A stretch of DNA of 64,000 nt. It comes from Gemmatimonadota bacterium. GTDB lineage: Bacteria; Gemmatimonadota; Gemmatimonadetes; Palauibacterales; Palauibacteraceae. The notes beneath the pieces were generated by a model. The model was not told the DNA's origin. It saw only the letters and a program-made list of their open reading frames with translations, and searched no databases. Numbering within the stretch: the first letter of the stretch is position 1; each line of letters begins with the position of its first letter. The DNA lies in the NCBI GenBank assembly GCA_965116475.1, contig OZ220691.1, positions 352,001 to 416,000 on the forward strand, read 5' to 3'. The translations under genes were made by a program, and so were the position numbers. This document shows positions 1 through 9,059 of this stretch, in pieces.

Positions 1-498
1 CTGCGCGTCGCCTACACGCCCGGCCATGCGAAGCACCACGTCGCCTACTTCGAGGCGGACGGGGGGACCGCGTGGGTGGGCGATGTGGGCGGCATCCGCA
101 TCCCGCCGGGGGGCGTGATCCCGGTGACTCCAGTGCCCGACATCGACGTCGAAGCCTGGAACGCGAGCATGGAGCGGGTGATGGCGTGGGATCCCGCCCG
201 CATCGTCCCGACCCACTTCGGCGCGGTGGAGGATCCGGTCGCCCACTTCGCCGAACTTCGCCACGAACTCGCGCGCTGGGCGCGCACCGTGCGCGCGTCG
301 CTGGGGAACGAGGACCCGGCCGACCCGGACACGTCCGCCGACCCCGCCCGGGCGCGGACCTTCGCGGCGTGGGTGGAGGAAGACCTGCGCGGGCGCATGC
401 CGGCGGAGCCGGTGGACACCTACGTCAACGCGTTCGGCGCGGGCGACTCGTGGTGGGGCCTCGCCCGCTACTGGCGCAAGCGGGCCACCGCCACGTGA
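1..498 (+). CDS. MBL-fold metallo-hydrolase (5' truncated by window)
   Basis: Frame +1 is open from base 1: TPGHAKHH...GD...PTHFG, the C-terminal metallo-beta-lactamase motifs. Confidence 0.85.
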   Translation: MRVAYTPGHAKHHVAYFEADGGTAWVGDVGGIRIPPGGVIPVTPVPDIDVEAWNASMERVMAWDPARIVPTHFGAVEDPVAHFAELRHELARWARTVRASLGNEDPADPDTSADPARARTFAAWVEEDLRGRMPAEPVDTYVNAFGAGDSWWGLARYWRKRATAT

Positions 499-731
499 AG
501 CTGACGCCGCACACCGCGGGGTTCGCGAGCCTTCTCGTCCCGGGGCTGGGGCAACTCCTTCAGCGTCGAATCCGCGCGACGGGCGTCTCGCTGGCTAACG
601 CGGCCCTGCTCGTGTACGCGATCACCCATTGGCTCGCCGACGGCGAACCGCTCGACCTGATGTGCTCCATCGTCTGCGCGGCCGTCCACGTATTCCAGGC
701 ACTCGAAGCCGCCGAGCACGGCCGGCGGTAG
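495..731 (+). CDS. Small membrane protein (SLLVPGLGQ motif)
   Basis: GTG start overlaps the upstream TGA (GTGA); 78 aa with hydrophobic segments. Confidence 0.65.
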   Translation: MKLTPHTAGFASLLVPGLGQLLQRRIRATGVSLANAALLVYAITHWLADGEPLDLMCSIVCAAVHVFQALEAAEHGRR

Positions 732-753
732 CGGTCCTTTTCGGAGTCCTGCG

Positions 754-1776
754 TCAGCTGGCGGCGGGGCGGACCACGATGGTGATTTCCTCGTCGGCGA
801 AGAGGCCGCCGTCGTCGGCGCGGCCGCGGAGGATGTAGGTCCCGGGCTGCGGGAAGGTCACGGTGACGGTCCACCGGTCGTCTTCCGGCAGGTCCGGCGG
901 GCGCCAGAGCGGCGCCCACGGCGAGTTCGCGCCCGTGCGGGTGTCCTCCCACACCTTCACCTGCGGCGGGTCGAACGTCACCTCCCCTTCGCCGCGGTAG
1001 ACGAACCACGACATGAAGAGGCCGTTCACCTTCTGCACGGTCACGCGGGACGGGGGCCGGAGCTGGCGGCCGCTGAAGCTGGGGAAGGCGTTCGCGATCG
1101 AATCGACGCGCGCCGAGTCCTCCGCGGTCTCGGGCGGATCGGGCGGTCCCTGGCGGAAGGCCCGCAGCAGGCCGTCGTCCTCCACGATGACGCTCACCGT
1201 GACCGGCTGGCCGACGATCGCCTCGCGCGTGCGCTCGCCCTCGAGCGTGATCGTCGGCGGCTCGTTGGCCCGCATCTCGGCGTTGCTGGAACCCGCGCCG
1301 AGCGCGCCCGTCTCGGACATGATCACCGTGTTGTCGACGATGTAGTCCGGGCGCAGCGACGCGTAGGCGTGCTCGGTCACTCCGTGGCTCGTGAGCGTCC
1401 ACACGAGTTCCCTGTCGCCCCAGTCGGCGGGGACGCGGACCTTGAATACGAAGCGGTTGCGGCGCGGGAGGAAGTGGGTCGGCTGCCCCCGGTCGGCGGG
1501 TCCCGGCGAGAACATGTTGTCCTCCCCCACGGGGACGTCGATCTCCTCGAGCCAGTTCCGGTTCATGTACCCGAACAGGAAGTTGAACGAGCCGTCCTCG
1601 TTCCGTTCCCAGCCTTCGAAGGCCGGGGCCACGTTCTGACCCCGCGTATGGGTCTGGGCATCCGAGCCGGCGGGGAAGGCGGCGGCGGCGAGGATCAGCG
1701 CCAGAATCGGCACGTACGGCGGCACGGCCGGCGCCCCGGGCCGCGCGACCCGGGGCATGGAAACCGGTTCGGCCAC
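754..1776 (-). CDS. Conserved exported hypothetical protein with C-terminal PKD/Ig-like region
   Basis: Signal peptide; GQNVAPAFEGW..NEDGSF..FGYMNRN and GQPTHFLPRR motifs; C-terminal VTFPQPGTYILRGRADDG; starts 1 nt after the monooxygenase-like gene stop. Confidence 0.8.
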   Translation of the reverse strand: MAEPVSMPRVARPGAPAVPPYVPILALILAAAAFPAGSDAQTHTRGQNVAPAFEGWERNEDGSFNFLFGYMNRNWLEEIDVPVGEDNMFSPGPADRGQPTHFLPRRNRFVFKVRVPADWGDRELVWTLTSHGVTEHAYASLRPDYIVDNTVIMSETGALGAGSSNAEMRANEPPTITLEGERTREAIVGQPVTVSVIVEDDGLLRAFRQGPPDPPETAEDSARVDSIANAFPSFSGRQLRPPSRVTVQKVNGLFMSWFVYRGEGEVTFDPPQVKVWEDTRTGANSPWAPLWRPPDLPEDDRWTVTVTFPQPGTYILRGRADDGGLFADEEITIVVRPAAS

Positions 1777-1777
1777 G

Positions 1778-3382
1778 TTACCGTTCCCGGCGGTTGCCGG
1801 AGTCGCGGCGGTCCCCGGACCCCGACTGGCCGTCGCCGGAAGATTCGGCCTCGGTAGCGGCGTCGGGCTGCGCCCACTCGGCGTCCGCGAAGTAGCTCAT
1901 GTCCCCGTTGGCGGGGATGACCATGCACAGCGGGCAGCCGACGACGTGGTCGTTGGGGCCGAGCGCGAGTCGGTGGCGGCGCATGGCCATCTCCTCCACG
2001 AACTGTTCATCCGTCATCTCCACGCGCATGCCGAGGTCGATGAACATGTTCGCGACCGAACGGTTCCCCGAACCCTGCCAGTTGCGCGTATCCGGCACGT
2101 TCCGGTTCGCCTCGGAGGTGTCCATGTAGCCGACGATGTGGAGGATCGTCCCCTTCGGGAGGAGCGGCTGGTGGTCCTGCGCGTAGGTGTATCCGCGCAC
2201 CCAGTTGTGGTCGTAGCCGACGCAGTTCAGCGTCTCGACGTTGAAGCCCCAGATCGCCTCGAGGCACATGCGCATGCCGGGCGCGTGCAGGTGTGGCTCG
2301 AAGGTGACGATCTTGGTGTGCTGGTTCAGCACCTTGTAGGCGTGAAGCTCCTGCCCCGCCACGCCTGGCCGGATGTCGATGTCGCTCCCGTTGCCGAGCC
2401 CGAGGATGGTCCGCCGGTATTTCGGCTCGTAGTCCTCCGGATGGAAGCGGAAGCCGATCTCCAGATGGGCGCGCGTATCGCGGCCGTTGGAATGAAGGTG
2501 GACGGAGTTCGAGACTACGGAGGAGCCCGCCCTGAGCAGGCGGCCCGCGTCCTCGTCGAACAGGTCGGGTTCGCGGCCGACCTCGTGCACCGGCCACCCC
2601 GTGTCGGTGGAGGCGCGCCGCGAGCCGGGACCCGTCTCCTGGCCTTCGAGGACGCGCGTGCTCCAGATCATGTGGTGGACGACGAACCGGCCGCCGACCG
2701 TGTGGCGCCCGCCGTGTTCCCCGTCCCGGCGCTGCGGCACGTCGTTCACCTCGCGGATCTCGACGGACTTCACGTAGCGGTCCTCGGTGAGACCGGTGGG
2801 CACGCTCTCGATGTCCCCCCACCAGTCGGGCGCGTCGCCCTTCACGACCACCTCGGGGAGCCTGACGATGAGGTCCGGCTCGCCGGCGGCCCACACGACG
2901 TCGTCGTCGAACTCGAGCGGGGGAGGCAGGTCGGCGGGGTCGCCCTCGGGGGTGCCGGCGCGCCGCCAGGCGTCGAGCGCCTCGATCTCCCACTCGTCGA
3001 GCGACATGTCGTCCTTGAAGTGCTGGATGCCGATGTCCTTTTCGACGTACCACGGGGGCATGGCGCCGGCCCGGTCCCGGATCTGCGTCCGGCGGGCGAT
3101 CATGCTCGCGTAGGGCTGGACATCGTCGTACGTGACGAGCGGCATCGGGGCGACGCCGTTGTCCCGGTGGCAGCGGACGCACGCCCGCTGCAGGATTGGC
3201 GCGATGTCGCGGCTGAAGGTCACGTCAACCGCCTCGGCGCCCGGCGCATCCGTGGCGGCGTGGCGCGCCGTCTGGGCAGGCCCGCCGTTCTGCGCCGCGA
3301 TTCCGGTGGCGCAGAGCAACATAAGGACGGGCAGGACGGAAGATCTCCGGACGAGAGACAAGATCCGCGTCGCGTGCGGCAT
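1778..3382 (-). CDS. Cytochrome c fused to a copper type II (PHM/DBH-like) monooxygenase domain
   Basis: AGGAG RBS; signal peptide; CVRCH haem motif and MPPW; candidate Cu ligands VHHM, VHLH, PHLH and NMF. Confidence 0.75.
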   Translation of the reverse strand: MPHATRILSLVRRSSVLPVLMLLCATGIAAQNGGPAQTARHAATDAPGAEAVDVTFSRDIAPILQRACVRCHRDNGVAPMPLVTYDDVQPYASMIARRTQIRDRAGAMPPWYVEKDIGIQHFKDDMSLDEWEIEALDAWRRAGTPEGDPADLPPPLEFDDDVVWAAGEPDLIVRLPEVVVKGDAPDWWGDIESVPTGLTEDRYVKSVEIREVNDVPQRRDGEHGGRHTVGGRFVVHHMIWSTRVLEGQETGPGSRRASTDTGWPVHEVGREPDLFDEDAGRLLRAGSSVVSNSVHLHSNGRDTRAHLEIGFRFHPEDYEPKYRRTILGLGNGSDIDIRPGVAGQELHAYKVLNQHTKIVTFEPHLHAPGMRMCLEAIWGFNVETLNCVGYDHNWVRGYTYAQDHQPLLPKGTILHIVGYMDTSEANRNVPDTRNWQGSGNRSVANMFIDLGMRVEMTDEQFVEEMAMRRHRLALGPNDHVVGCPLCMVIPANGDMSYFADAEWAQPDAATEAESSGDGQSGSGDRRDSGNRRER

Positions 3383-3453
3383 CACATGGCTCCTTGCGGG
3401 AGGACTCGTCGAAAAAGGGTACGCAACGGGCAAAGCCCCGGTCAAACGCGAGG

Positions 3454-4860
3454 CTAGCGACCGTCGTCCGCGCCGCCCGGAGCCGTCGAGCCCAGCTCCA
3501 GGGGGATGGTCGCAGGCAGCCGTTTCAGGATGATCGTAGGGACATCGAACTCGTCCGTCTCGACGAAGGCGGCGAGGCCGCCGGGCCCGAACGCGTCGGG
3601 CATGGGCGTGTCCTCCAGCGACAGCGTGCCCATGTACTCGCCCTCCGGCGAGAGGACATCGATCCAGCCGGCCGCAGCGTCGTCCCCCTCCGGGCCTCCG
3701 CCCGCGGGTGCGGCCCGCGCATCGATCTGCGCCATGGGATCGCTCCCCCAGCGCTGGACCCAGATCGCCCCCTCCCAGGTCGTCCGAAGATCCCGCACGA
3801 TGGGCACCTCCGGCATGAAGCCCGCGTTCGCCACCGCGTCGCGCATGCCGGACATCATCTCCTCCATCATCGCCGCCATCTGCGCGCGAATGGCCGGCGG
3901 AAGATCGTCCGCCGACTGGCCGTTTACCTCGACTCGCGCCGAGGACTCCATGGATTCCAGCATCCGGGCCCGGGCGCGCTCCCGCAGCCGTTCCGTGACG
4001 GGTTCGGGGTGGAGGGGACGGCCCACGACACGGACTGGAGCGCCGGGGGCCGGCTGGAGCTTGATCGCGTAGGCGGAGGAATCCGAATACGCCACGCCCC
4101 CGCCGGGGAGGACATCGAACACGAGGTCGGGCACGAACCCCATGAACGCGTCGCCGAAAGCGTCGAACATGTCCGATGGATCCGCCGCCTCCATCGTGAC
4201 CTCCCGCTCCGGCTGCGCCTCCCACGCTTCGGCGAACGGCGTCGCGGCCGCCTCTTCCGCCTCGGCGAGCGACATGCGGTAGATGGTGCGGTCACCGGCC
4301 TCGATGGACACTTGCCCACCGCTGAAGCGCGCGTCCGGGCTTCGGGTCAGGAACAGCGTTTCTCCCTCCCGGGCGGCGCGCACGGCCAGCGCCGTAGCGG
4401 TCTCCGAGGCGCCCTCGATCGCGAAGCGGATCGCACGTTCGAACGACCCATCAGGGCCGAACAGGAGATGGGCCCGGTGACCATTGTCGACGATCACGAC
4501 CCCTCCGTCGGGCCGGGCCACCATGTGCCCCACCTCGCGAAGCTCGCCGGGGCCGTCGCCCCTGCGCCCGAACTCCGCCACCAGGCCGCCGACGCCGTCC
4601 ACGACCACGATGCGGGTGGAGGACCCGGCTTCGTCGCGGATGTAGAGCCGGCCGGCCGCATCGAAGGCCAGGTCCGCGATCTCCGTGAACGCGTCCCACC
4701 CCTCCGCCGCGATCCCTCCAATCCGGTACACCTCCTCGAAGTCGGTCGTGAGCGGAAGGTCCTCGTCCGGCGGCGGAGCGGCCGACCCCCCGGTCTCCCC
4801 CCCACAGCCGGCCAGCAGCGCGACCAAAACGGCAGCACGAACGCGCGAGAATCTCATCAA
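3454..4860 (-). CDS. 6-bladed beta-propeller (NHL-like) lipoprotein
   Basis: Lipobox LLAGC; FGRRGDGPGEL NHL-type motif; paralogue of 30520-31872. Confidence 0.75.
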   Translation of the reverse strand: MMRFSRVRAAVLVALLAGCGGETGGSAAPPPDEDLPLTTDFEEVYRIGGIAAEGWDAFTEIADLAFDAAGRLYIRDEAGSSTRIVVVDGVGGLVAEFGRRGDGPGELREVGHMVARPDGGVVIVDNGHRAHLLFGPDGSFERAIRFAIEGASETATALAVRAAREGETLFLTRSPDARFSGGQVSIEAGDRTIYRMSLAEAEEAAATPFAEAWEAQPEREVTMEAADPSDMFDAFGDAFMGFVPDLVFDVLPGGGVAYSDSSAYAIKLQPAPGAPVRVVGRPLHPEPVTERLRERARARMLESMESSARVEVNGQSADDLPPAIRAQMAAMMEEMMSGMRDAVANAGFMPEVPIVRDLRTTWEGAIWVQRWGSDPMAQIDARAAPAGGGPEGDDAAAGWIDVLSPEGEYMGTLSLEDTPMPDAFGPGGLAAFVETDEFDVPTIILKRLPATIPLELGSTAPGGADDGR

Positions 4861-4864
4861 TTGG

Positions 4865-6244
4865 TCACCAGGTTGTAATGCGGAGGTTGCGCCAGCGGAC
4901 CTTGATGCCGCCGCCGTCGTGGATCTGGAGCGCGACGGAACCCTCGGCGTCGCCGATCCGCTCGTCCTCGAAGTCCACCATCTTCGTGCCGTTGAGCCAG
5001 GTGGCGACGCGGTCGCCGTCGGCGCGGATGCGCATCGTGTTCCACTCGCCCATGCGGAGCGCGCCGTCGAGTTCCGGGTCGGGCTGTACGAGCCAGCCGC
5101 GGCCGTACGACTCGTAGATGCCGCCGGTGAACAGGCCCGGGGGCGCGACCTCGGCCTGCCAGCCGCTCACGGTCGTCCCCTCCACGCTGGAGCGCAGGAA
5201 GACGCCGCTGTTGCCGTCGGCCTCCTGCTTGAACTCGACGGTGAGGTCGAAGTCGCGGTACCTCGCCTCGGTCACGAGGTAGCCGTACTCCGCATCGGGA
5301 CCGCTCTCGCATACGATTTCTCCGCCCTGTTCCCCGTCCTGTTCCCCGTCCTCCACGTACCAAAGTTCCGTCCCGTGCACGCGCCAACCCTCGAGGTTCT
5401 CGCCGTTGAAGAGGGAGACGGACTCCAGCGGAAGGATGCGGATGTTGCGGTACCAGACGTTGCGCCCGTGGTCCTGGAGGCCGATCGGCCCGGAGGCGGC
5501 TCGTCCGTAGCGGGGATAGGGGGCGAACTTGCTCGCCGCGACGAGCGCCTCCCACGCGGGGGACCCCAGTTCGTACTCGACCGTCTTCGTCCCGTTCAGC
5601 CAATGTTCGACGAGGTTGTTCTGGATGCGGATGCGGCCCTCGTTCCACTCGCCGGGACCGCGGAGCGTCTTCTCGCCGGAGGCGTGGAGGTCGTAGTTGT
5701 CGCCCGTCAGGTGCGTGTGCATGTCCATCGTGCCCATCTCGATGTACGCCGGGTCGTCGAGCACCTGGTATTCGGGCGCGTTGTACCAGATCGCCGCGCC
5801 CTCCTCCTCGATCACGCGGTAGAGGACGCCGCTGTTGGCGACCTCCGACAGCATGAACTCGAACTTCAGGTCGAAGTCCGAGAACGATTCGGTCGTGACG
5901 ATGTCGCCGCCGATAGCCACGTCGGGGTCGGTGGCGGTCGCGCCCACGACGAGCGCGCCGTCGATCACGGCCCACCCGGTGTCGGGGAAGATCTCCAGGT
6001 TGTAGCCGCGCCAGCCGGCCGTCGTCTCGCCGTCGAAGAGAAGGCGCCAGCCAGCCTCGCGTTCGGCCGCCGTGAGCGTGTTGGGCGTCGTCTCCGCGGC
6101 GTCCGTCCCCCCCGTGTCCGGCGGGGGCTCGGGCGCCTCCGTGCATCCGGCGGCCAAGACCATGGCCAGGGCCCCAAGGAGGGCCGGAGTGGACCGCAGG
6201 CCGGGGCCGAGTGCCGCAGGCGGGAGTCGTCGCGGGGCGCGCAT
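4865..6244 (-). CDS. Tandem DUF1080 (3-keto-disaccharide hydrolase-like) lipoprotein
   Basis: Lipobox LAAGC; two domains, each with LF(D/N)G..GW, NSGV, GEWN and LQxH...WxRNxRI. Confidence 0.85.
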   Translation of the reverse strand: MRAPRRLPPAALGPGLRSTPALLGALAMVLAAGCTEAPEPPPDTGGTDAAETTPNTLTAAEREAGWRLLFDGETTAGWRGYNLEIFPDTGWAVIDGALVVGATATDPDVAIGGDIVTTESFSDFDLKFEFMLSEVANSGVLYRVIEEEGAAIWYNAPEYQVLDDPAYIEMGTMDMHTHLTGDNYDLHASGEKTLRGPGEWNEGRIRIQNNLVEHWLNGTKTVEYELGSPAWEALVAASKFAPYPRYGRAASGPIGLQDHGRNVWYRNIRILPLESVSLFNGENLEGWRVHGTELWYVEDGEQDGEQGGEIVCESGPDAEYGYLVTEARYRDFDLTVEFKQEADGNSGVFLRSSVEGTTVSGWQAEVAPPGLFTGGIYESYGRGWLVQPDPELDGALRMGEWNTMRIRADGDRVATWLNGTKMVDFEDERIGDAEGSVALQIHDGGGIKVRWRNLRITTW

Positions 6245-7659
6245 CAGACGAGCCTCATGGCGTCGGGATCCCAGCGCACGATGCGGTCCTCGAAGTAGGA
6301 GAGGTTGCAGGCCAGCGCGGGGGCGGCCGCGCGCAGCCCGAACGTCGCGTCCTCACGCACGGGCGGTCCGCCGCGAATCGCCTCGAACCAGTTGAAGAAG
6401 TGGTCGACGTGGGCGCCGCGATATCCGCGCTCGACCTCGTACCGGACCTCGGCCGGAGGAAGCATCCGGACCCGGGGCGGAAGCCCGTCCGCCGACGCCG
6501 CGGCCTCGGCCATCTTCTCCTGCGAGAAGGCGTCCATGGGGTCGACGGCGACGTTCTTGCGGAGGATGACCTCGGTCCACGTCACGTCCATCGCTCCTTC
6601 GCTCCCCACGAGCCGCAGGAAGGTGCTGCCCGAGGTCCCGTCCACGAAGTTCACGCGCAGGGAGAGGTTGAAGCCCGGGTGCGTCTCGGTCTCGGGATAG
6701 TCGAACACGCCCAGGAGCACGTCCGGCACCTCGCGCCCGTCCTTCCAGTAGCGGAGCCCGCCGGCGGCCTGGATCCGGGTGGGGCCGCGAGAACTCACGA
6801 CGAAGTGAAGGCTGGAGAAAAGGTGGACGAAGAGGTCGCCCGCCACGCCGGTCCCGTAGTCACGGTAGTTGCGCCAGCGGAAGATCCGCAGCGGGTCGTA
6901 CGGCCGGTCCGGCGCGGGTCCGAGGAAGCCCTTCCAGTCGACGGTCTCCTCGGAGGCCCCCGCGGGAATGGGATACTGCCAGGCCCCGATGGGGTCGTTG
7001 CGCGCCCAGAAGCCCTCGGCGTAGTTGAGTTCGCCGATCGCCCCCTGCTCGTACAACTCCTTCGCCTTCTCGTTGCCGAGCGAACTCATCCCCTGGCTTC
7101 CCACCTGGAAGACGGACCCGGACTCCTGCTCGGCCCGGATCAGGTCGTGCCCCTCCTCGATCCGGTGGACCATCGGCTTCTCGCAGTAGACGGCCTTGCC
7201 GGCGCGGAGGGCGTCGACGGAGATCGGCTGGTGCCAGTGGTCGGGCGTGCCCACGATGACCGCATCCACGTCGTCACGGGCGAGCACCTCCCGGTAGTCG
7301 CGGGTGGTGAAGATGTCGCCGTGCCGCTCGCGGACGGCTTCGAGCCGTCCGTCGAACACATCGCAGGCGGCGACCAGGTTCACGCCCGGAATGCGCAACG
7401 CGGTGGACACGTCCGCCATGCCCATCCCGCCCGCGCCGACCACGGCCAGGCCGAGGTCGTCGGAAGGCGCCGCGCGACGGGACTCGGGGGCTCGGGTGAG
7501 CGTGCGGCGGACGGCGGACGGGCCACCGGACTCGGCTCCGGCGAGGAGCGAAGGCGCCCCGGCGGCAAGCACGGAGCCGGCGGCCACTGATTTGACGAAG
7601 CTCCGGCGGTCGCGATCGGGGGGTGGCCGGGAACCGGGTTCTCTCTTTTCTTCGCTCAT
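6244..7659 (-). CDS. Tat-exported Gfo/Idh/MocA family oxidoreductase
   Basis: RRSFVK twin-arginine signal; GAGGMG Rossmann motif; TPDHWH; YCEKP; GDLFVH. Confidence 0.9.
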   Translation of the reverse strand: MSEEKREPGSRPPPDRDRRSFVKSVAAGSVLAAGAPSLLAGAESGGPSAVRRTLTRAPESRRAAPSDDLGLAVVGAGGMGMADVSTALRIPGVNLVAACDVFDGRLEAVRERHGDIFTTRDYREVLARDDVDAVIVGTPDHWHQPISVDALRAGKAVYCEKPMVHRIEEGHDLIRAEQESGSVFQVGSQGMSSLGNEKAKELYEQGAIGELNYAEGFWARNDPIGAWQYPIPAGASEETVDWKGFLGPAPDRPYDPLRIFRWRNYRDYGTGVAGDLFVHLFSSLHFVVSSRGPTRIQAAGGLRYWKDGREVPDVLLGVFDYPETETHPGFNLSLRVNFVDGTSGSTFLRLVGSEGAMDVTWTEVILRKNVAVDPMDAFSQEKMAEAAASADGLPPRVRMLPPAEVRYEVERGYRGAHVDHFFNWFEAIRGGPPVREDATFGLRAAAPALACNLSYFEDRIVRWDPDAMRLV

Positions 7660-7762
7660 GGCGGATACGCATTCATCCCGTGGGTTCGAGGGCGAGGTTC
7701 GCCCGGGGCTGGCTCGAAAACGTAAGGTTGTGTCGATCCCGTCAGCAAAAGGAGGGACAAGC

Positions 7763-8398
7763 GTGCGAACTCGATGGGCTCTCTGGATGATTGCGGCCAC
7801 CGTAGTGGCGCTCGGTGCGGGCGCCGTAGTGGCGCTCGGTGCGGGCGCCGCTGGCGTCGCCTCCGTCCCGGCCGCGTCCGGGGATCCGATCGTCGTCGTC
7901 GTCGAGACGGAGATGGGCGCCTTCGAGCTCGAAGTGGACATCGCCCGGGCGCCGGTCACGGCGGCCAACTTCCTCCGCTACGTGGACGGCGGGTTCTACG
8001 ACGGCGGCACCTTCTTCCGGACCGTGCACGCGGACAACCAGCCCGACGACTCCATCCGGATCGCCGTCGTCCAGGGCGGGCGGAATCCGGATCTGGCGGA
8101 GGAATCCTTCCCGCCGATCCCGTTGGAACGCACCTCCGAGACGGGACTCCGGCACGAGGACGGGACGATTTCGATGGCGCGCGGCGGACCCGACACCGCC
8201 ACGCAGAGCTTCTTCATCTGCATCGGCGCCCAGCCGTCCCTCGACTTCGGCGGCATGCGCAACCCCGACGGCCAGGGTTTCGCCGCGTTCGGGCGCGTCG
8301 TGGCCGGAGTGGACGTAGTGCGCGCGATACACCAGTCACCCTACGAGGCCCAGCAACTCACCCCACCCGTGCGGATCACGAGAGCGTACCGGAAGTAG
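7763..8398 (+). CDS. Cyclophilin-type peptidyl-prolyl isomerase, exported
   Basis: GGAGG RBS; APVTAANFLRYV..GFYDG..FFR, QGG, GTISMAR, SFFI, FAAFGRVV. Confidence 0.9.
   Translation: MRTRWALWMIAATVVALGAGAVVALGAGAAGVASVPAASGDPIVVVVETEMGAFELEVDIARAPVTAANFLRYVDGGFYDGGTFFRTVHADNQPDDSIRIAVVQGGRNPDLAEESFPPIPLERTSETGLRHEDGTISMARGGPDTATQSFFICIGAQPSLDFGGMRNPDGQGFAAFGRVVAGVDVVRAIHQSPYEAQQLTPPVRITRAYRK
7800..7847. repeat. Exact 24-bp tandem duplication in signal-peptide coding region
   Basis: ccgtagtggcgctcggtgcgggcg x2, encoding VVALGAGA twice. Confidence 0.95.
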
Positions 8399-8436
8399 AG
8401 GACTGACCGCCGGCATCTGGTCTTGGCGAGCCCGCG

Positions 8437-8688
8437 CTATCCTCCGAACAGCTTGTTCCGGACCTCGTGCTTATCCAAATCATGGGCTTCCGCAACGTCG
8501 GACACGATTGCGCCAAGCGTACCTACGCTCAGATGACGATGCCGCGGAACAGTCACGCTGTGAGATCGGCCTTCGATCGTGGCGGTCAGCGTCATGTGGC
8601 TGCCGCTCTGCCGGACCAAGCGGTAGCCGAACTGACGACGGAGCAACCGGCTGAAGCGTTCGCCCGACAGGTCGCGCGGCAGCTTCAT
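8437..8688 (-). CDS. hicA: HicA family toxin
   Basis: MKLPRDLSG...GY..VRQSGSHM...VTVPRH..L.VGTL..I; ATGA overlap with the upstream antitoxin. Confidence 0.88.
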   Translation of the reverse strand: MKLPRDLSGERFSRLLRRQFGYRLVRQSGSHMTLTATIEGRSHSVTVPRHRHLSVGTLGAIVSDVAEAHDLDKHEVRNKLFGG

Positions 8689-8897
8689 ACCGCCATGGCT
8701 TCGTCCCTCACGAGGTGGAGCCGGATGATCTTGGGTCGGGCGTCCGTCTCGAAGTGGCAACGCACGGCGTCTCTTACCATGGCCTTGAGGTCAGCCCAGT
8801 CTTTTCCCTGCGTGAAAATACTGTGGCCGAGGGCTCGGGCATCGTAGCCGCCTTCGGCAGCCTCCGTCACTTCGAAAATGATCTCGGCGGACGCCAT
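8685..8897 (-). CDS. hicB: Short HicB family antitoxin
   Basis: EGGY.ARA...IFTQG....L..MVRDAV; 70 aa; GGAGG RBS; translationally coupled to hicA. Confidence 0.8.
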   Translation of the reverse strand: MASAEIIFEVTEAAEGGYDARALGHSIFTQGKDWADLKAMVRDAVRCHFETDARPKIIRLHLVRDEAMAV

Positions 8898-9059
8898 GGT
8901 AGTTCCTCCTGGGTTCTCCGTCCCCGGAAGTTACGGCTCTGCGGCGACCGGTGCAGCGACACCGACTCGCTGGCAAACCTGCAACGAGGGGACAGCCCGT
9001 GTTGCGCACCGTAGGTTCGTGCCCGGGGAAACCGCAACCATTCGGAAAGGAGGACCCCC

